Program-made: the position numbers and the translations under genes
From: an uncultured Poribacteria bacterium
GTDB taxonomy: Bacteria > Poribacteria > WGA-4E > WGA-3G
Reading direction: 5' to 3'
Assembly: GCA_951813565.1 (NCBI GenBank)
Contig: OX638351.1
Location: 5,344,001-5,408,000 of the forward strand
Length of the DNA stretch: 64,000 bases
Notes under the pieces: generated by a model
The model's input: the letters and a program-made list of their open reading frames with translations, nothing else
Databases searched by the model: none
Told to the model about the DNA's origin: nothing
In this document: in pieces, positions 29,401 through 39,172 of the stretch
Layout: the number at the start of each line of letters is the position of its first letter
Numbering within the stretch: the first letter of the stretch is position 1

Positions 29401-30589
29401 TGGGGAGAGGACCGAAGGGAACGGTTCGTGTATCCTCAAAGCTGCCATCCTTCGCCCAACCGGGGCCCACCCGGTTTTCCCACAGCAGTTTGCCCTCAAT
29501 AGATGGAGAACTCTGATGCCATCCGTTAAAGGCAACATCGGCGTAGTCAATCAGTCCATCTATCCAACCTGCGGAGTAGCGTAACAGGTCTGTGTCGAAC
29601 ACCACTGCACCGCTTGTGAGATCCGGCGTGAGTGGTATAACAATGCCTTTGTAGGTAAGGTTATTGGGATTCGCTGCGACAGCTGTGGAGAGGAATGGAC
29701 CGTAGTCCATATCCCGCCATGGCTGTCCGGTTTTAACACGCCAACCGGGTGGATATCGGCGCGAGGCTTCGCGTTCGAGGCACCAGTAGATACCGTTGAC
29801 AATGAGGCGACGAAAGTCGCTCACCGTGAAGTCCTCCGGGTGCCCCATCGTGGTTGTGAAGACACGTCCGCCGCCGGAGTGAGTGTGCGTCCATGCGATC
29901 GGATTGACCGTCTCCGCATCGCCGCGCTCTCCTTCGGGAAATACAGGGCGCCCCTGTACTAAGATCTGAGCATCTTTAGGTGGATAGTCGGGTCGCACAT
30001 GGTAGGTCCAGGACCGGACGTGGAACTGAGGAGCTACTCCTGTAAGAATTGAGTGCTTGCCGACGGTTGTTGCATCGGTGCTTGCCCCATGTCCGTAGTG
30101 GTAAATCCACGGTGCACCGAGTTCGCGGGCACCGAAATTGTTCCACCGCGTAGCACGCTGATCCTCTTCTTCGTAGGCGAAGGCGTGCGTGGTTGTGCGG
30201 AAGGCAACTATGGGACCACCGCGATCGATGTATTTTTGTAACAGGGCAAGTTGGTCATCTGGGAGTTGACGGAATCGTAGATACATTATGAGGAGGTCTG
30301 CAGTTTCGAGTGCTTCAAGTCCGTTGATACTGTTATCCTCGCCTCCCTCGAGTTCGTTATCAATGAGAACTGTGGTGCGGAAACCGTAATGGTCAGTCAA
30401 CATCTGAGCCAACGCGGACATCGTTACTTCGGAACGATACTCATTTTCGCCTACAACGAAGACGAGATGGGGCTGCGCATGACCAATGGATGCTAATATG
30501 CCAAGCACGAGCAGAATGTGCAGTAGATAAATTGGAATCCGCATCGCCCATTGGCCCGAGGCATTGCGTAGGTAGTTTGATTTTGACAA
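26471..30589 (-). CDS. Large secreted multidomain protein: ThuA-like + DUF6797-like + LamG + sugar-dehydrogenase-like beta-propeller
   Basis: VFTTTMGHPEDF (ThuA), WRDMDYGPFL...VVFDTDLLRY, HWRFDE...WHHVGLT...LDDLHLYNRAFS (LamG), GFRASNGLG...TDQEGFW. Confidence 0.75.
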   Translation of the reverse strand: MSKSNYLRNASGQWAMRIPIYLLHILLVLGILASIGHAQPHLVFVVGENEYRSEVTMSALAQMLTDHYGFRTTVLIDNELEGGEDNSINGLEALETADLLIMYLRFRQLPDDQLALLQKYIDRGGPIVAFRTTTHAFAYEEEDQRATRWNNFGARELGAPWIYHYGHGASTDATTVGKHSILTGVAPQFHVRSWTYHVRPDYPPKDAQILVQGRPVFPEGERGDAETVNPIAWTHTHSGGGRVFTTTMGHPEDFTVSDFRRLIVNGIYWCLEREASRRYPPGWRVKTGQPWRDMDYGPFLSTAVAANPNNLTYKGIVIPLTPDLTSGAVVFDTDLLRYSAGWIDGLIDYADVAFNGWHQSSPSIEGKLLWENRVGPGWAKDGSFEDTRTVPFGPLPRDWAHWKGLYLHDNSVILSYTVGTRSVLESPSLESGEKGLAFVRTLHLGPAASSTLVRIATIANGEASALPEFSRGTGVALCPPETELGAQGSLFAALIDAPEGTQWETVQDEIRVRFPPSEQAISAKILITPAIQDTLELNVWTQFVENSPPVEDLTKLIQGGPQRWSEKLTTTGHTDIQRKLRLETVKIDAGTTTMHLELDGYLPKVLSMDNLLPAPGGVGNADQYIAVLFPHSKTSESTPAQEQKGDSALIGHWRFDEDNGLHAISSTPEKSTIVLDGVQWKSGRRDNCLVFDGNAEARFDKNFTLDFDTTDLTFAVWIATEDDGTIFSEALEEPEWVPNGKTFFIRDGQLAFDVGWVGVVSSAAGDGKSVIDGVWHHVGLTWRHQTGAMKMFLDGEIVAEGVLKPEDELEDDVWRLGFTAENFPEESPRLEGKLDDLHLYNRAFSPDEMQALYQRFQEPPLIAATLVEPIEGAKWTVDSDRVYLHLSTDTTASVLTWDGSESQLSDFAQLAANDGLDPSQPFAIDKIDWPTQNPWESWLRFGGFDFFPGGNRAALSTWNGDVWTVTGLNDTLDTLVWQRIATGLNQPLGLKIVKQQIYVVGRDQITRLVDLNADGEIDFYENFNNDVYNSEHFHEPSMDLQTDEAGNFYYMKAARHALRAQHPHHGTLIRVSPGGEKSTVIAYGFRASNGLGISPGPTFYGTDQEGFWMPANRLNRITDHGKFYGNLWGWYPPDDPPNSYEPPLCWVAPFVDRSPAALVWIPIGTWGEMGDSLLSVSYGTGKVYAVLQHQIEETVQGALTELGVEFPTGVMRGRFHPINGDLYLAGMFGWSSNKQEDTGFYRIRMTGAPLRTPKSFRAVSDGLIINFYEPLAPKSAANPENWRVQSWEYRWSEGYGSPQLKRSGEEGRDMHPVQSATLSEDGKTVFLKIPSLTPTMQFHVDITGNFADGTPLNCYLHGTIHTLEDRHNRKTP

Positions 30590-30869
30590 ATTTTGTCCCT
30601 CACGGATAGATTGGGTTTGCTATGTTGTGTTTAAATTGTGTGTACTAATGTGAAGGGTTTTCTGTTAAATTCTGTTGAAAAATGACCTCTTATAAAGCTG
30701 CTATCTGAAAATTTTTCAGTAGGAAAAGTATAATAGGTCTAAAGAAAAAAGTCAATAAAAATCAGACTGATAGCAGAAAACCGAAAACTAAATGACTATG
30801 ACAGAAAATAGCGAATGTTGACAACTACAGAATTGTATTATATAATTAGCAATAAGGGAGTAACTTCTG

Positions 30870-32840
30870 ATGAAAAAGCGAATCCATTTGTGGCTTGTCA
30901 CCTTTATAATCACATCTTGTCTATCAACGGCTTTCGGTGAAAATGAGCCTGTAACGCAGATTGGTCTACCCGAAGGTACGATCGCTCGCCTTGGTAAAAG
31001 CGCGATTAGCAAAATAGCTTACTCTCCCGATGGCACTCGGCTGGCAGTGGGGAGTTCTATTGGTGTTTGGATTTACGATATAGAAACGGGCAAGGCATTG
31101 GATCTTTTCCCGATGTATGGTGTATCTTGCTTAGCGTTTAGTCCGGATGGGAAAACCCTCGTCAGTGGGAGTAGGCGGCATAATCTTGTCTTATGGGATA
31201 TGACAACCGGTAAACCGCTGCGCACCTTTATCAATGAATATCAGGTGGGTGTTTTTAGCGTAGCGTTCAGTCCAGATGGAAAAACGATTGTCAGTGGACA
31301 TGCCGGGGGTTATCTTAGGTCGTGGGAAACAGCAACAGGCAAACATATCAGATTGCTCTCCGGTATGGGAGGTGAAGAGGGAGGTCGGTTGCCCTTCGAA
31401 CATACGGGTACGGTTCATAACATAGCGTTTAGTCCGGATGGAAAGACACTCGCCAGTGCAGGCTACTATGGCAGGGGCACCGAAGTTCGTTTGTGGGAGA
31501 CAGCAACGGGTAAGTATATACGACTCTTGGATAGTGTGGATGGCGAGGAGAATTCATACGACAGTGTGGCCTTCAGTCCGGATGGAAAGACACTCGCAAT
31601 TGGATTGGGAGCTGGAGGCATTGACTTACGGGATATGACAACAGGTGAAGGCGCCCAATACCTTAGAGGACCCGAAGGACGTTATATAAGGAAAGTTTTA
31701 GATTTAGCGTTCAGTCCAGATGGTAAGCTGCTTGCCAGTTGTGGTGAGGACAAAATTGTTGATTTATGGGATATGAAAACCAACAAGCACATCCACACTT
31801 TTACTGGACATAAAGATGATGTCTTTAGTGTGGCGTTTAGTCCGGATGGAAAGAAGGTCGCGAGTAGCAGTAAAGAATCTGTCCGTTTGTGGAGGACGCA
31901 AGGAGAAGAACATCTACGTTCTGTCATCACACATACCGCTATTTTGGATGTGGCGTTTAGTCCAGATGGAAAGACCCTTGCCAGTGGGAATGAAGACAAT
32001 ACTGTCCGTTTATGGGACGCGAAAACCGGTAAGTCCATAACTACTCTTATCGGGCATAAGGGTAAGGTGATTGACGTGGCATATAGTTCAGATGGAAAAA
32101 CCCTTGCCAGTTCGGGGGACGACGGTGTCCGTCTGTGGGATGCGAGAACAAGCGAACACCTACGCATACTCTCTGAATCTAAACATTTACATGTAGCGTA
32201 TAGTCCAGATGGAGAAACACTTTTTACGAAAAGTTGGGGTGCTTATCATTTATGGGACACAAGAACAAACGAACGCCTCCGCACGTTCACTAAACTGAAA
32301 CATTGGGTCGGTCCCATAGTGTTCAGTCAGGATGGGCAGCTGCTGGCACTGCTTAGGGATGAGGACAAAAACTATAGTGTGTGGGATATAAAAGCAAACG
32401 AACTTATATGTTCCCTTACTGTGCCGACAACTATAAGAAATCAGTGGGGCGCAGCATTCAGTCCGGATGGTAACATGCTCGCAACAGGTATGGTAGATAA
32501 AACGCCCATAGGAAAAAGGGATGATGTTGTATGGCTGTGGGACATAACTATAGGTGAACATATCCGCACCCTCACCGGACATCTTAGTATAATTACATGC
32601 TTGGCGTTTAGTCCGGATAGGCAGCTGCTTGCCAGTGGCAGTGAGGACGAGACTGTTCTTTTATGGGATTTGAAAACTGGCGATCACCCGCGTATTCTCA
32701 TTGGACACAATGATAGGGTTTTGGGTGTGGCGTTTGGTCCGGATGGGAAGACACTTGTCAGTAGGTGTAAAGATGGTACAGTGCTACTTTGGGATTTGGA
32801 AAAAGTTATCACCAATACGGAAGATAACAAGCGAAATTAG
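30870..32840 (+). CDS. Secreted WD40 repeat protein
   Basis: Signal peptide, LPEGTIARLGK, ~14 VAFSPDGKTLAS...LWD repeats. Confidence 0.95.
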   Translation: MKKRIHLWLVTFIITSCLSTAFGENEPVTQIGLPEGTIARLGKSAISKIAYSPDGTRLAVGSSIGVWIYDIETGKALDLFPMYGVSCLAFSPDGKTLVSGSRRHNLVLWDMTTGKPLRTFINEYQVGVFSVAFSPDGKTIVSGHAGGYLRSWETATGKHIRLLSGMGGEEGGRLPFEHTGTVHNIAFSPDGKTLASAGYYGRGTEVRLWETATGKYIRLLDSVDGEENSYDSVAFSPDGKTLAIGLGAGGIDLRDMTTGEGAQYLRGPEGRYIRKVLDLAFSPDGKLLASCGEDKIVDLWDMKTNKHIHTFTGHKDDVFSVAFSPDGKKVASSSKESVRLWRTQGEEHLRSVITHTAILDVAFSPDGKTLASGNEDNTVRLWDAKTGKSITTLIGHKGKVIDVAYSSDGKTLASSGDDGVRLWDARTSEHLRILSESKHLHVAYSPDGETLFTKSWGAYHLWDTRTNERLRTFTKLKHWVGPIVFSQDGQLLALLRDEDKNYSVWDIKANELICSLTVPTTIRNQWGAAFSPDGNMLATGMVDKTPIGKRDDVVWLWDITIGEHIRTLTGHLSIITCLAFSPDRQLLASGSEDETVLLWDLKTGDHPRILIGHNDRVLGVAFGPDGKTLVSRCKDGTVLLWDLEKVITNTEDNKRN

Positions 32841-33113
32841 ATGTGCGGTTATCAACACCGCTAAATGCCTTATGTGCATTTGGCGTTGATTTGAACTTTA
32901 CAGTTTGGGTCTCACAAAACGGACCTAGAAAACTCTCCTACAAGAGAAATTCAGCAATTTTCTTCTTAAGTTGACACCTAAAGTTTCAATCTACTCTACA
33001 CGTGATTTATACATAAACCGATATGATAATTTCTCACATAGAAATGGTATAATACCACGATTTTAAACTAAAAGTTAATTATTGTGTTTTAGGCTTCACA
33101 TTTTGAGAAGGTT

Positions 33114-34199
33114 TTGAATATCCGACAATCTTATATTACGTTATTCAAGAGTCTGATTCTTCAGATACGACAACTGAGCCGTAACCTTTTGCCGTCGCTG
33201 CTTGCTATCTGCGGCTTTTTTCTTTTATGCGGGATTGTGTTGATCGTGAGAGAACAGAACCCATGGGAATTTTATGCGACAATCTTTATCAGTGGGTTCT
33301 CCAGTTTTGATGAAGTCGGCAGTGTGTTGTTTAATTCAACACCTCTTATTTTCACGGGACTTGCCGTTGCTATTGCCTATAAAGGTGGACTGTTTAATAT
33401 TGGTTGCGAAGGACAACTCTATGTTGCTGCGTTTGCAGCTACGTGGGTAGGAATGCATCTGAACCTTCCTTCTGTTATGTTAGTGCCTCTCTGCATAGGT
33501 GCTGCAATGATTGCGGGGAGTATCTGGGGAGCGGTTCCTGGTTACTTAAAAGCGAAATTCGGGGCGCACGAAGTTATCAACACAATTATGATGAACTTCA
33601 TTGCGTTTGCCCTAACAAATTTCCTTGTTACGTCTGTTTATAGAGAGCCTGGACAGATGATTCCACAAACACCTCAGATCCATGAAGGGGCACGTTTACC
33701 GCGTTTAGCAGGCGTGTTACTTTTCCTACCACAGAGCAATCTTTTAAACGCCAGTTTCTTGCTTGCATGTGCTTGCGTTGTTATCTGTTACATCTTTTTA
33801 AAGTATACTCGGTGGGGATATGAACTCCGCTTAGTAGGGAACGCACCAGAAGTTGCTGAATATGGAGGGATAAACCCTCGTATAGTGATTGTGTGGGTAA
33901 TGGCACTCAGTGGCGCTATCGCTGGGTTATCGGGTGTCGCTGATGTAATGGGATATCGGTACAGGTACTTAGATAGTTTCTCATCTGGCTGGGGCTTCAC
34001 TGGAATTGCTGTTGCGCTTTTGGGTAGAAATCACCCGTTTGGTGTTTTTGCAGCAGCACTGTTATTTGGTTTACTAAATAAGGTTGCTTTGGATATTGAA
34101 CTCACCTTAGAAGTGCCGCGCGGTCTATTCCTTGCTGGTCAGGGATTACTCATTATCGGGTTGGTCTGTATGGAAGGTATTTCAAAAAGAAATAAATGA
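33114..34199 (+). CDS. Sugar/nucleoside ABC transporter permease
   Basis: TPLIFTGLAVA, LFNIGCEGQ, HEVINTIMMNF, GFTGIAVALLGRNHP. Confidence 0.9.
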   Translation: MNIRQSYITLFKSLILQIRQLSRNLLPSLLAICGFFLLCGIVLIVREQNPWEFYATIFISGFSSFDEVGSVLFNSTPLIFTGLAVAIAYKGGLFNIGCEGQLYVAAFAATWVGMHLNLPSVMLVPLCIGAAMIAGSIWGAVPGYLKAKFGAHEVINTIMMNFIAFALTNFLVTSVYREPGQMIPQTPQIHEGARLPRLAGVLLFLPQSNLLNASFLLACACVVICYIFLKYTRWGYELRLVGNAPEVAEYGGINPRIVIVWVMALSGAIAGLSGVADVMGYRYRYLDSFSSGWGFTGIAVALLGRNHPFGVFAAALLFGLLNKVALDIELTLEVPRGLFLAGQGLLIIGLVCMEGISKRNK

Positions 34200-35041
34200 T
34201 GATTTTTGACTTAATTCCAAGCACATTACGGATGACAACACCGCTTGGTTTTGCTGCGCTCGGTGGAATTTACTCTGAACGTTCTGGAGTAATTAATATC
34301 GCTTTAGAAGGGATGATGCTGATCGGAGCGTATGGTTATGTGGTTGGTGCACATGCATCAGGTTCCGCATGGGTTGGATTATCTGTTGGCATTTGTTTAG
34401 GAATTGTCTTATCAATTTTGCATGCTGTTGCCACAATTACTTTTCACGCTGAGCAAATTGTCACAGGTATTGCGATTAACATTCTGGCATTAGGTATTAC
34501 AAAGTATCTCGTACCAACCACAGAATGGGTGCCGGGATTACCTCAGTTGACGCTGCCACTTATTGGCTCTTATAGCATTCTTGTATATCTGGTGCCTATA
34601 TTGATGGTATCAAACCATATTTTGCTTTTCAAAACACCATGGGGTTTGCGGTTGCGTGCTGCGGGCGAATCTACTGAAGCGCTTAAAACGCTCAGCTTAA
34701 GTCGCGCAAAGTGGCAATATCTTGGTGTAATTTTGAGCGGCGTCTTTGCAGGAGTTGGTGGATGTTTTCTCATATCCGATGTGCATTATTTTACTGAAGG
34801 TATTATTGGTGGACGAGGATATGTTGCACTTGCAGCAGTTATCTTCGGAAATTGGCGTCCCCTCTATGGTGTTGCTGCATGCCTACTCTTCGGATTCGCT
34901 GACTCTTTAGGGCTTTCAAGTCAATGGCAAATTCCCGATCAACTTTTAAAAAGCTTCCCGTATATATTAACAATGATTATACTCGCTGGACTTGTCGGTA
35001 GATCGCGTCCCCCAGCAGCTTTGGGCAAGATGGAATCCTAA
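34196..35041 (+). CDS. Sugar/nucleoside ABC transporter permease
   Basis: SERSGVINIALEG, GLRLRAAGE, GRGYVALAAVIFGNW; ATGA overlap. Confidence 0.9.
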   Translation: MMIFDLIPSTLRMTTPLGFAALGGIYSERSGVINIALEGMMLIGAYGYVVGAHASGSAWVGLSVGICLGIVLSILHAVATITFHAEQIVTGIAINILALGITKYLVPTTEWVPGLPQLTLPLIGSYSILVYLVPILMVSNHILLFKTPWGLRLRAAGESTEALKTLSLSRAKWQYLGVILSGVFAGVGGCFLISDVHYFTEGIIGGRGYVALAAVIFGNWRPLYGVAACLLFGFADSLGLSSQWQIPDQLLKSFPYILTMIILAGLVGRSRPPAALGKMES

Positions 35042-35060
35042 ACGATTTGTTGTGAAACTC

Positions 35061-37436
35061 CTAACTTCCTTCATCTGTCAGTTCATAATAACCGGCATGT
35101 CTGTTATAGTATCCATAAGATTTGGCGTGTTTTGGATTTATCATGTTACAAAGCACCCCGATACCCTTCGCTGGTAATACCTCCTTAAGATGTTTTATCC
35201 CTGTCAATACATCAAACCGTTTGGTTTTCGTTATGTCAAACACATAAACGACAGCATCAACGACAGTTGCTAAGATAACTGGGTCCGCGACTGCACGTAC
35301 AGGTGGGGAATCAATTACTATAACATCATACTCATTTTTTGCCAGTTCCAACCATTGGGTCATCATATCTGAATTTAATAACTCAATCGGATTCGGTGGG
35401 ACTGTTCCACCCGGCACGAGATGTAAATTGGGAATACCGGTTTGCCTGACTGTCGACTGAAGAACATCATAAGCGTTTTCGGCATTAAGACGAATAAGTG
35501 CTTCGCTCAATCCGGGTTTACGCGGGTCACTGTGCGTAACTACTGAAAGATTGTCAAGCGTCTCAACCTCACCTTGGGACGTTATCTGGAGTAGTTGTTC
35601 TGTGGGGAAAAATGTGTGTTGCGACGGTCTACGCATATCTGCATCTATTAACAGGACTTTGTTTCCTTTCTGCGCGAGTGTAGCTGCGAGATTAGAAGAA
35701 ACGGTACTTTTCCCTTCTCCGCGGGTGGAACTTGTGACAAGTACAGTTTTCAGCGCGCTGCTAAGGTTAAGAAACGGTAGTTTGGCTACAAGCACTCTAA
35801 ATGCTTCCGCTGTTCTGGAGTTAGGTGCATCATTTACTATGAGCGGAATACGGTAAGCACTCCGTTTTTTCATAGATGGAATTACACCAAGAAAACTTGG
35901 GGGTTCAGGCAGCGAATCTAATTGACGGACAGAATCCTCTAATCGTAAATAGGTGTCTTTAAAATAATTTTTGGCAACTGCAAACGTAAATCCGAGTAGA
36001 CAACCAAGCATACCACCTAAAGCGAGATTTAGTTTCATGCGCGGTTTGATAGGCTCTTCTGAAAGGCGGGCATGATCTAGGACCTGAAGACTATCTGTGC
36101 GCGCTTCAGCGACAATTTGTGACTCCCGTATTTTCGCCTCTAAAGCAACGACCTGTGCTGTGTAAATTTCAACATCGCGCTTAAAACGAAACATCTTCAA
36201 CTGTTCATCTGACCAACCCCCAAGCTTTTTGATTTCTTGCTTGATTTTGGCAGAAACCTCTACTTTTTGCTTCTCAAGACTCTTAATAGCAGCTTGTGCC
36301 TCATTGACCTTTTCAGAAACCACTTGGTGTAACGGGTTAAAAGAGGATGTTGTACTGATAATTTCTTTTTCCTCTGTGGTAAGACGTGCTTTTGTTTCTT
36401 TTATTTTCTCATCAAGAGAGGTAATTTCAGGATGGGTTACATCCCCGTATTTTCCGATAAGCGCCTTTCGTTCAATTTCATATTCGTTCAAGTTGTCATT
36501 CAGTTTGGAATATGAAGGGTTTTTTGTTCTCGTTTCTGATATAAGATTTTCTTCTATTTTACTAAGTTCATCCTCATAAGCTATAAGCCTTAATTCAGCA
36601 TCAACCAATTGACTCGTCAATTGATTTTCATTCAACTGTAGTGAGACAATAAGTTGCGCTTGTGTTCCTCCTTCTGTATTTAAGGTTAACTCAGGATTTG
36701 CTTGCTGAAAATCAAAGAGCTGCTTCTCCGAATTTTTTAAGTTCTGTTTTGCTTCCTCCAACATTGCTTGTGGAAGTGGTTTTTCCCACCATCGCATATT
36801 TTCCGTTTTCTCTGCATCAACAACTTGGATGAGTACAACGGCAATTCTGTTACACAAGAGCTGCGCAGACTCTGGGTTCTGTTGTTTCACAGTAAGGGTA
36901 ATAACGTTGCCATCCTGAGACTCTTCAACCTTTAACTTTTCATCAATAAGCGTTTTGATGAAATAGTCTTTCCACTCAATATCAGTGAGTTCACCTTGTT
37001 CAGTAACGGTTGGATCTAATTCAATATTCAGAAGATTCGCCAACCACTTCACTGTGTCACCTCGGTGAATAGGTTGTGGTTTCAACAGTTCTTCATCTAT
37101 AAGTTGACTGACTGTTGGGGCAATCACTAAGTCGCGGGACTGCATCAGGGTCGCGTAAGTCCCTAAAGATGCGCCTTTGAGGAATCCCGACAGTGGAAAT
37201 TGTGAGAGTAATGAAGAGGCGGATTGGTCATCAAGGATACGAAGTGTTGTTTCGGATTGATAAACTGGGGACGTGAAATCGGTTACGAGGAATGCGCCAA
37301 AAACACAAAGTAAAAAGATGGTAAGAACACTCCATTTATTCCGGAAAAGTATCCAAAAATAGTCTGATAATCGAATTTCTGTAATTTGTTCAAGTTGTCG
37401 ATCAGTTGTATCTGGCATATTTAACCTCATGCTCAT
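35061..37436 (-). CDS. wzc: Polysaccharide co-polymerase / tyrosine autokinase (Wzc/GumC)
   Basis: Wzz N-term, coiled coil, GEGKST, IDADMRRP, IDSPP, C-terminal Tyr cluster SYGYY...GYY. Confidence 0.88.
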   Translation of the reverse strand: MSMRLNMPDTTDRQLEQITEIRLSDYFWILFRNKWSVLTIFLLCVFGAFLVTDFTSPVYQSETTLRILDDQSASSLLSQFPLSGFLKGASLGTYATLMQSRDLVIAPTVSQLIDEELLKPQPIHRGDTVKWLANLLNIELDPTVTEQGELTDIEWKDYFIKTLIDEKLKVEESQDGNVITLTVKQQNPESAQLLCNRIAVVLIQVVDAEKTENMRWWEKPLPQAMLEEAKQNLKNSEKQLFDFQQANPELTLNTEGGTQAQLIVSLQLNENQLTSQLVDAELRLIAYEDELSKIEENLISETRTKNPSYSKLNDNLNEYEIERKALIGKYGDVTHPEITSLDEKIKETKARLTTEEKEIISTTSSFNPLHQVVSEKVNEAQAAIKSLEKQKVEVSAKIKQEIKKLGGWSDEQLKMFRFKRDVEIYTAQVVALEAKIRESQIVAEARTDSLQVLDHARLSEEPIKPRMKLNLALGGMLGCLLGFTFAVAKNYFKDTYLRLEDSVRQLDSLPEPPSFLGVIPSMKKRSAYRIPLIVNDAPNSRTAEAFRVLVAKLPFLNLSSALKTVLVTSSTRGEGKSTVSSNLAATLAQKGNKVLLIDADMRRPSQHTFFPTEQLLQITSQGEVETLDNLSVVTHSDPRKPGLSEALIRLNAENAYDVLQSTVRQTGIPNLHLVPGGTVPPNPIELLNSDMMTQWLELAKNEYDVIVIDSPPVRAVADPVILATVVDAVVYVFDITKTKRFDVLTGIKHLKEVLPAKGIGVLCNMINPKHAKSYGYYNRHAGYYELTDEGS

Positions 37437-37526
37437 TTTCGCGAACGCTCGCTGTACATAAAAAGAGATAGCAAGGTAAAAATAAAAGGGATGTCTTCCG
37501 CTATTTTCTTCCTTAGTCTTAGATTT

Positions 37527-38708
37527 TTACCTGTATCTGAGCCAAACATTCACGACCAAGCTTGTCAGCGAAGCAGCAAAACTCAAAACTCGCCAATCAA
37601 TTCGTGTCCGTTCCAAAATTCGGAGTTGATCATTTGGGTAAAGATAAACTTCTGACTGAACCAAATTAAAGTTAAGTTCTTCTTGTGTTCCATTTGCCCG
37701 TGTAAGGATACATTTTTTGGTGTTGGCTTTTTCCTCGTTTAACCCGCCTGCCATTGCCACAGCATCTCTTAAAAGTGTTGGTTCAGTAATTACATATTGA
37801 GCAGGCTTATCGACAGCTCCGACAACGCTAATTTTTGCTTCAGCCAAAGGAACAAATAAAACATCCCCTGGTTTCAACATTGCGCTAACATTTTCCGAAG
37901 TGAGATCAACAGGCGTATTTTCGGTACCGGTAATAATTTCCGCGTTTTTTAAATCTGCGAAGTCTGCTCTGGAGCCTCCTGCAAGTTTCAACGCATGGTT
38001 TGCAGGAATCTGTTCATTCGTTATCGGGAAGAGGCCAGGCGAAACCACAGCACCTATTACACGAATCCGTCGCTGTTCATAAATAGAAGGAATAATGACA
38101 ATATCATAATCTCTTAAGGGAATATCAACACTATCTGATTCAATGTGTTCTTTAAAATTAATCGTTTTGAATGTCTTGCCATCGCGCCATACGGTAATTT
38201 TGGTGAGATCAGCCAATTCATAGTTGATTCCTGCCGCTGCCAAAGCATGCATTAAATAAACCTGTCCGGTTTCAAAAATATGCATGTTTCCTCTTGGTCT
38301 CTGATCGACTGCTCCGAAGACCAGAATGTGTCGTTTGGGTTGCATTAATGTGACAAACACACGGGCACTCGGAAGTTTCTTTGCAAAGGCCTGCTGCATC
38401 TGCACCTGAAGTTCAGAAACCGTTAAACCTGTTACCTTAATAAGTCCAATGAGTGGATAGGAGATATAGCCATCCGATTGAACAGGAACTGAGACACGGT
38501 CTTTGGTATATTCAGGGTACCCGTCAACAGTAACAACAATACTGTCCCCAACTTGCAATTTATAGGTAGATGTTTCTGGGGTTATTTCGCTATTTGTAGA
38601 ATTATACTCGGCTGGAGATTCTTCAGCAAAAATTTCTGTGGAAAAACTGACTTGTCCCAATATTATCAAAAGAAAAAATAGAAAATGTAAGCGTAAAAAC
38701 GTGTTCAT
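37527..38708 (-). CDS. Polysaccharide export protein with SLBB domains (Wza-like)
   Basis: YKLQVGDSI, DGYISYPLIG, three V.GAV..P SLBB repeats; start uncertain. Confidence 0.85.
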   Translation of the reverse strand: MNTFLRLHFLFFLLIILGQVSFSTEIFAEESPAEYNSTNSEITPETSTYKLQVGDSIVVTVDGYPEYTKDRVSVPVQSDGYISYPLIGLIKVTGLTVSELQVQMQQAFAKKLPSARVFVTLMQPKRHILVFGAVDQRPRGNMHIFETGQVYLMHALAAAGINYELADLTKITVWRDGKTFKTINFKEHIESDSVDIPLRDYDIVIIPSIYEQRRIRVIGAVVSPGLFPITNEQIPANHALKLAGGSRADFADLKNAEIITGTENTPVDLTSENVSAMLKPGDVLFVPLAEAKISVVGAVDKPAQYVITEPTLLRDAVAMAGGLNEEKANTKKCILTRANGTQEELNFNLVQSEVYLYPNDQLRILERTRIDWRVLSFAASLTSLVVNVWLRYR

Positions 38709-39172
38709 CAAATTTACATCGACCTTTTCGGTTGTGTGCTTAGAACACACCTTGAAAAACTATCACGAATGTTTTCAGAGATAGGTTTTTTTCTAAAGTA
38801 CTAAGGATGTATCTCGTAAATTGCCATCTTTAGTATATTTTGTAAATGTTATGTGTTTACATATTTTGAAGTAATTTTCTAAGGTATTTTAGCAGGAATA
38901 TGGCAAAAACACAAGTGAAAATAGGTGAACGACTAATACAAACAACCTTGATTAAACCTCAATTGATAAAATAGTTGAGATTTATAATACCTTGTTTTGA
39001 AATTGGTTCTAACAAACTTTTTCTTATAAAAAAATGGCATTTCATTAAACTTCGATCATCTTGTTTGTTGTAATCCGTTTTGTTTTTCTTCAAGAAATTT
39101 CGGAAATTGCAAACAAAACTTAAGTAAGAATGTTTGTTGCTTTAACCTACTAAGTTATGCTAATATAATCGT

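Noticed and set aside
30870..32840. Diversity-generating retroelement or DNA repeat array in the WD40 gene
   Set aside because: The repeats are ordinary codon-level WD40 similarity; no reverse transcriptase or adenine-specific TR/VR pair seen.
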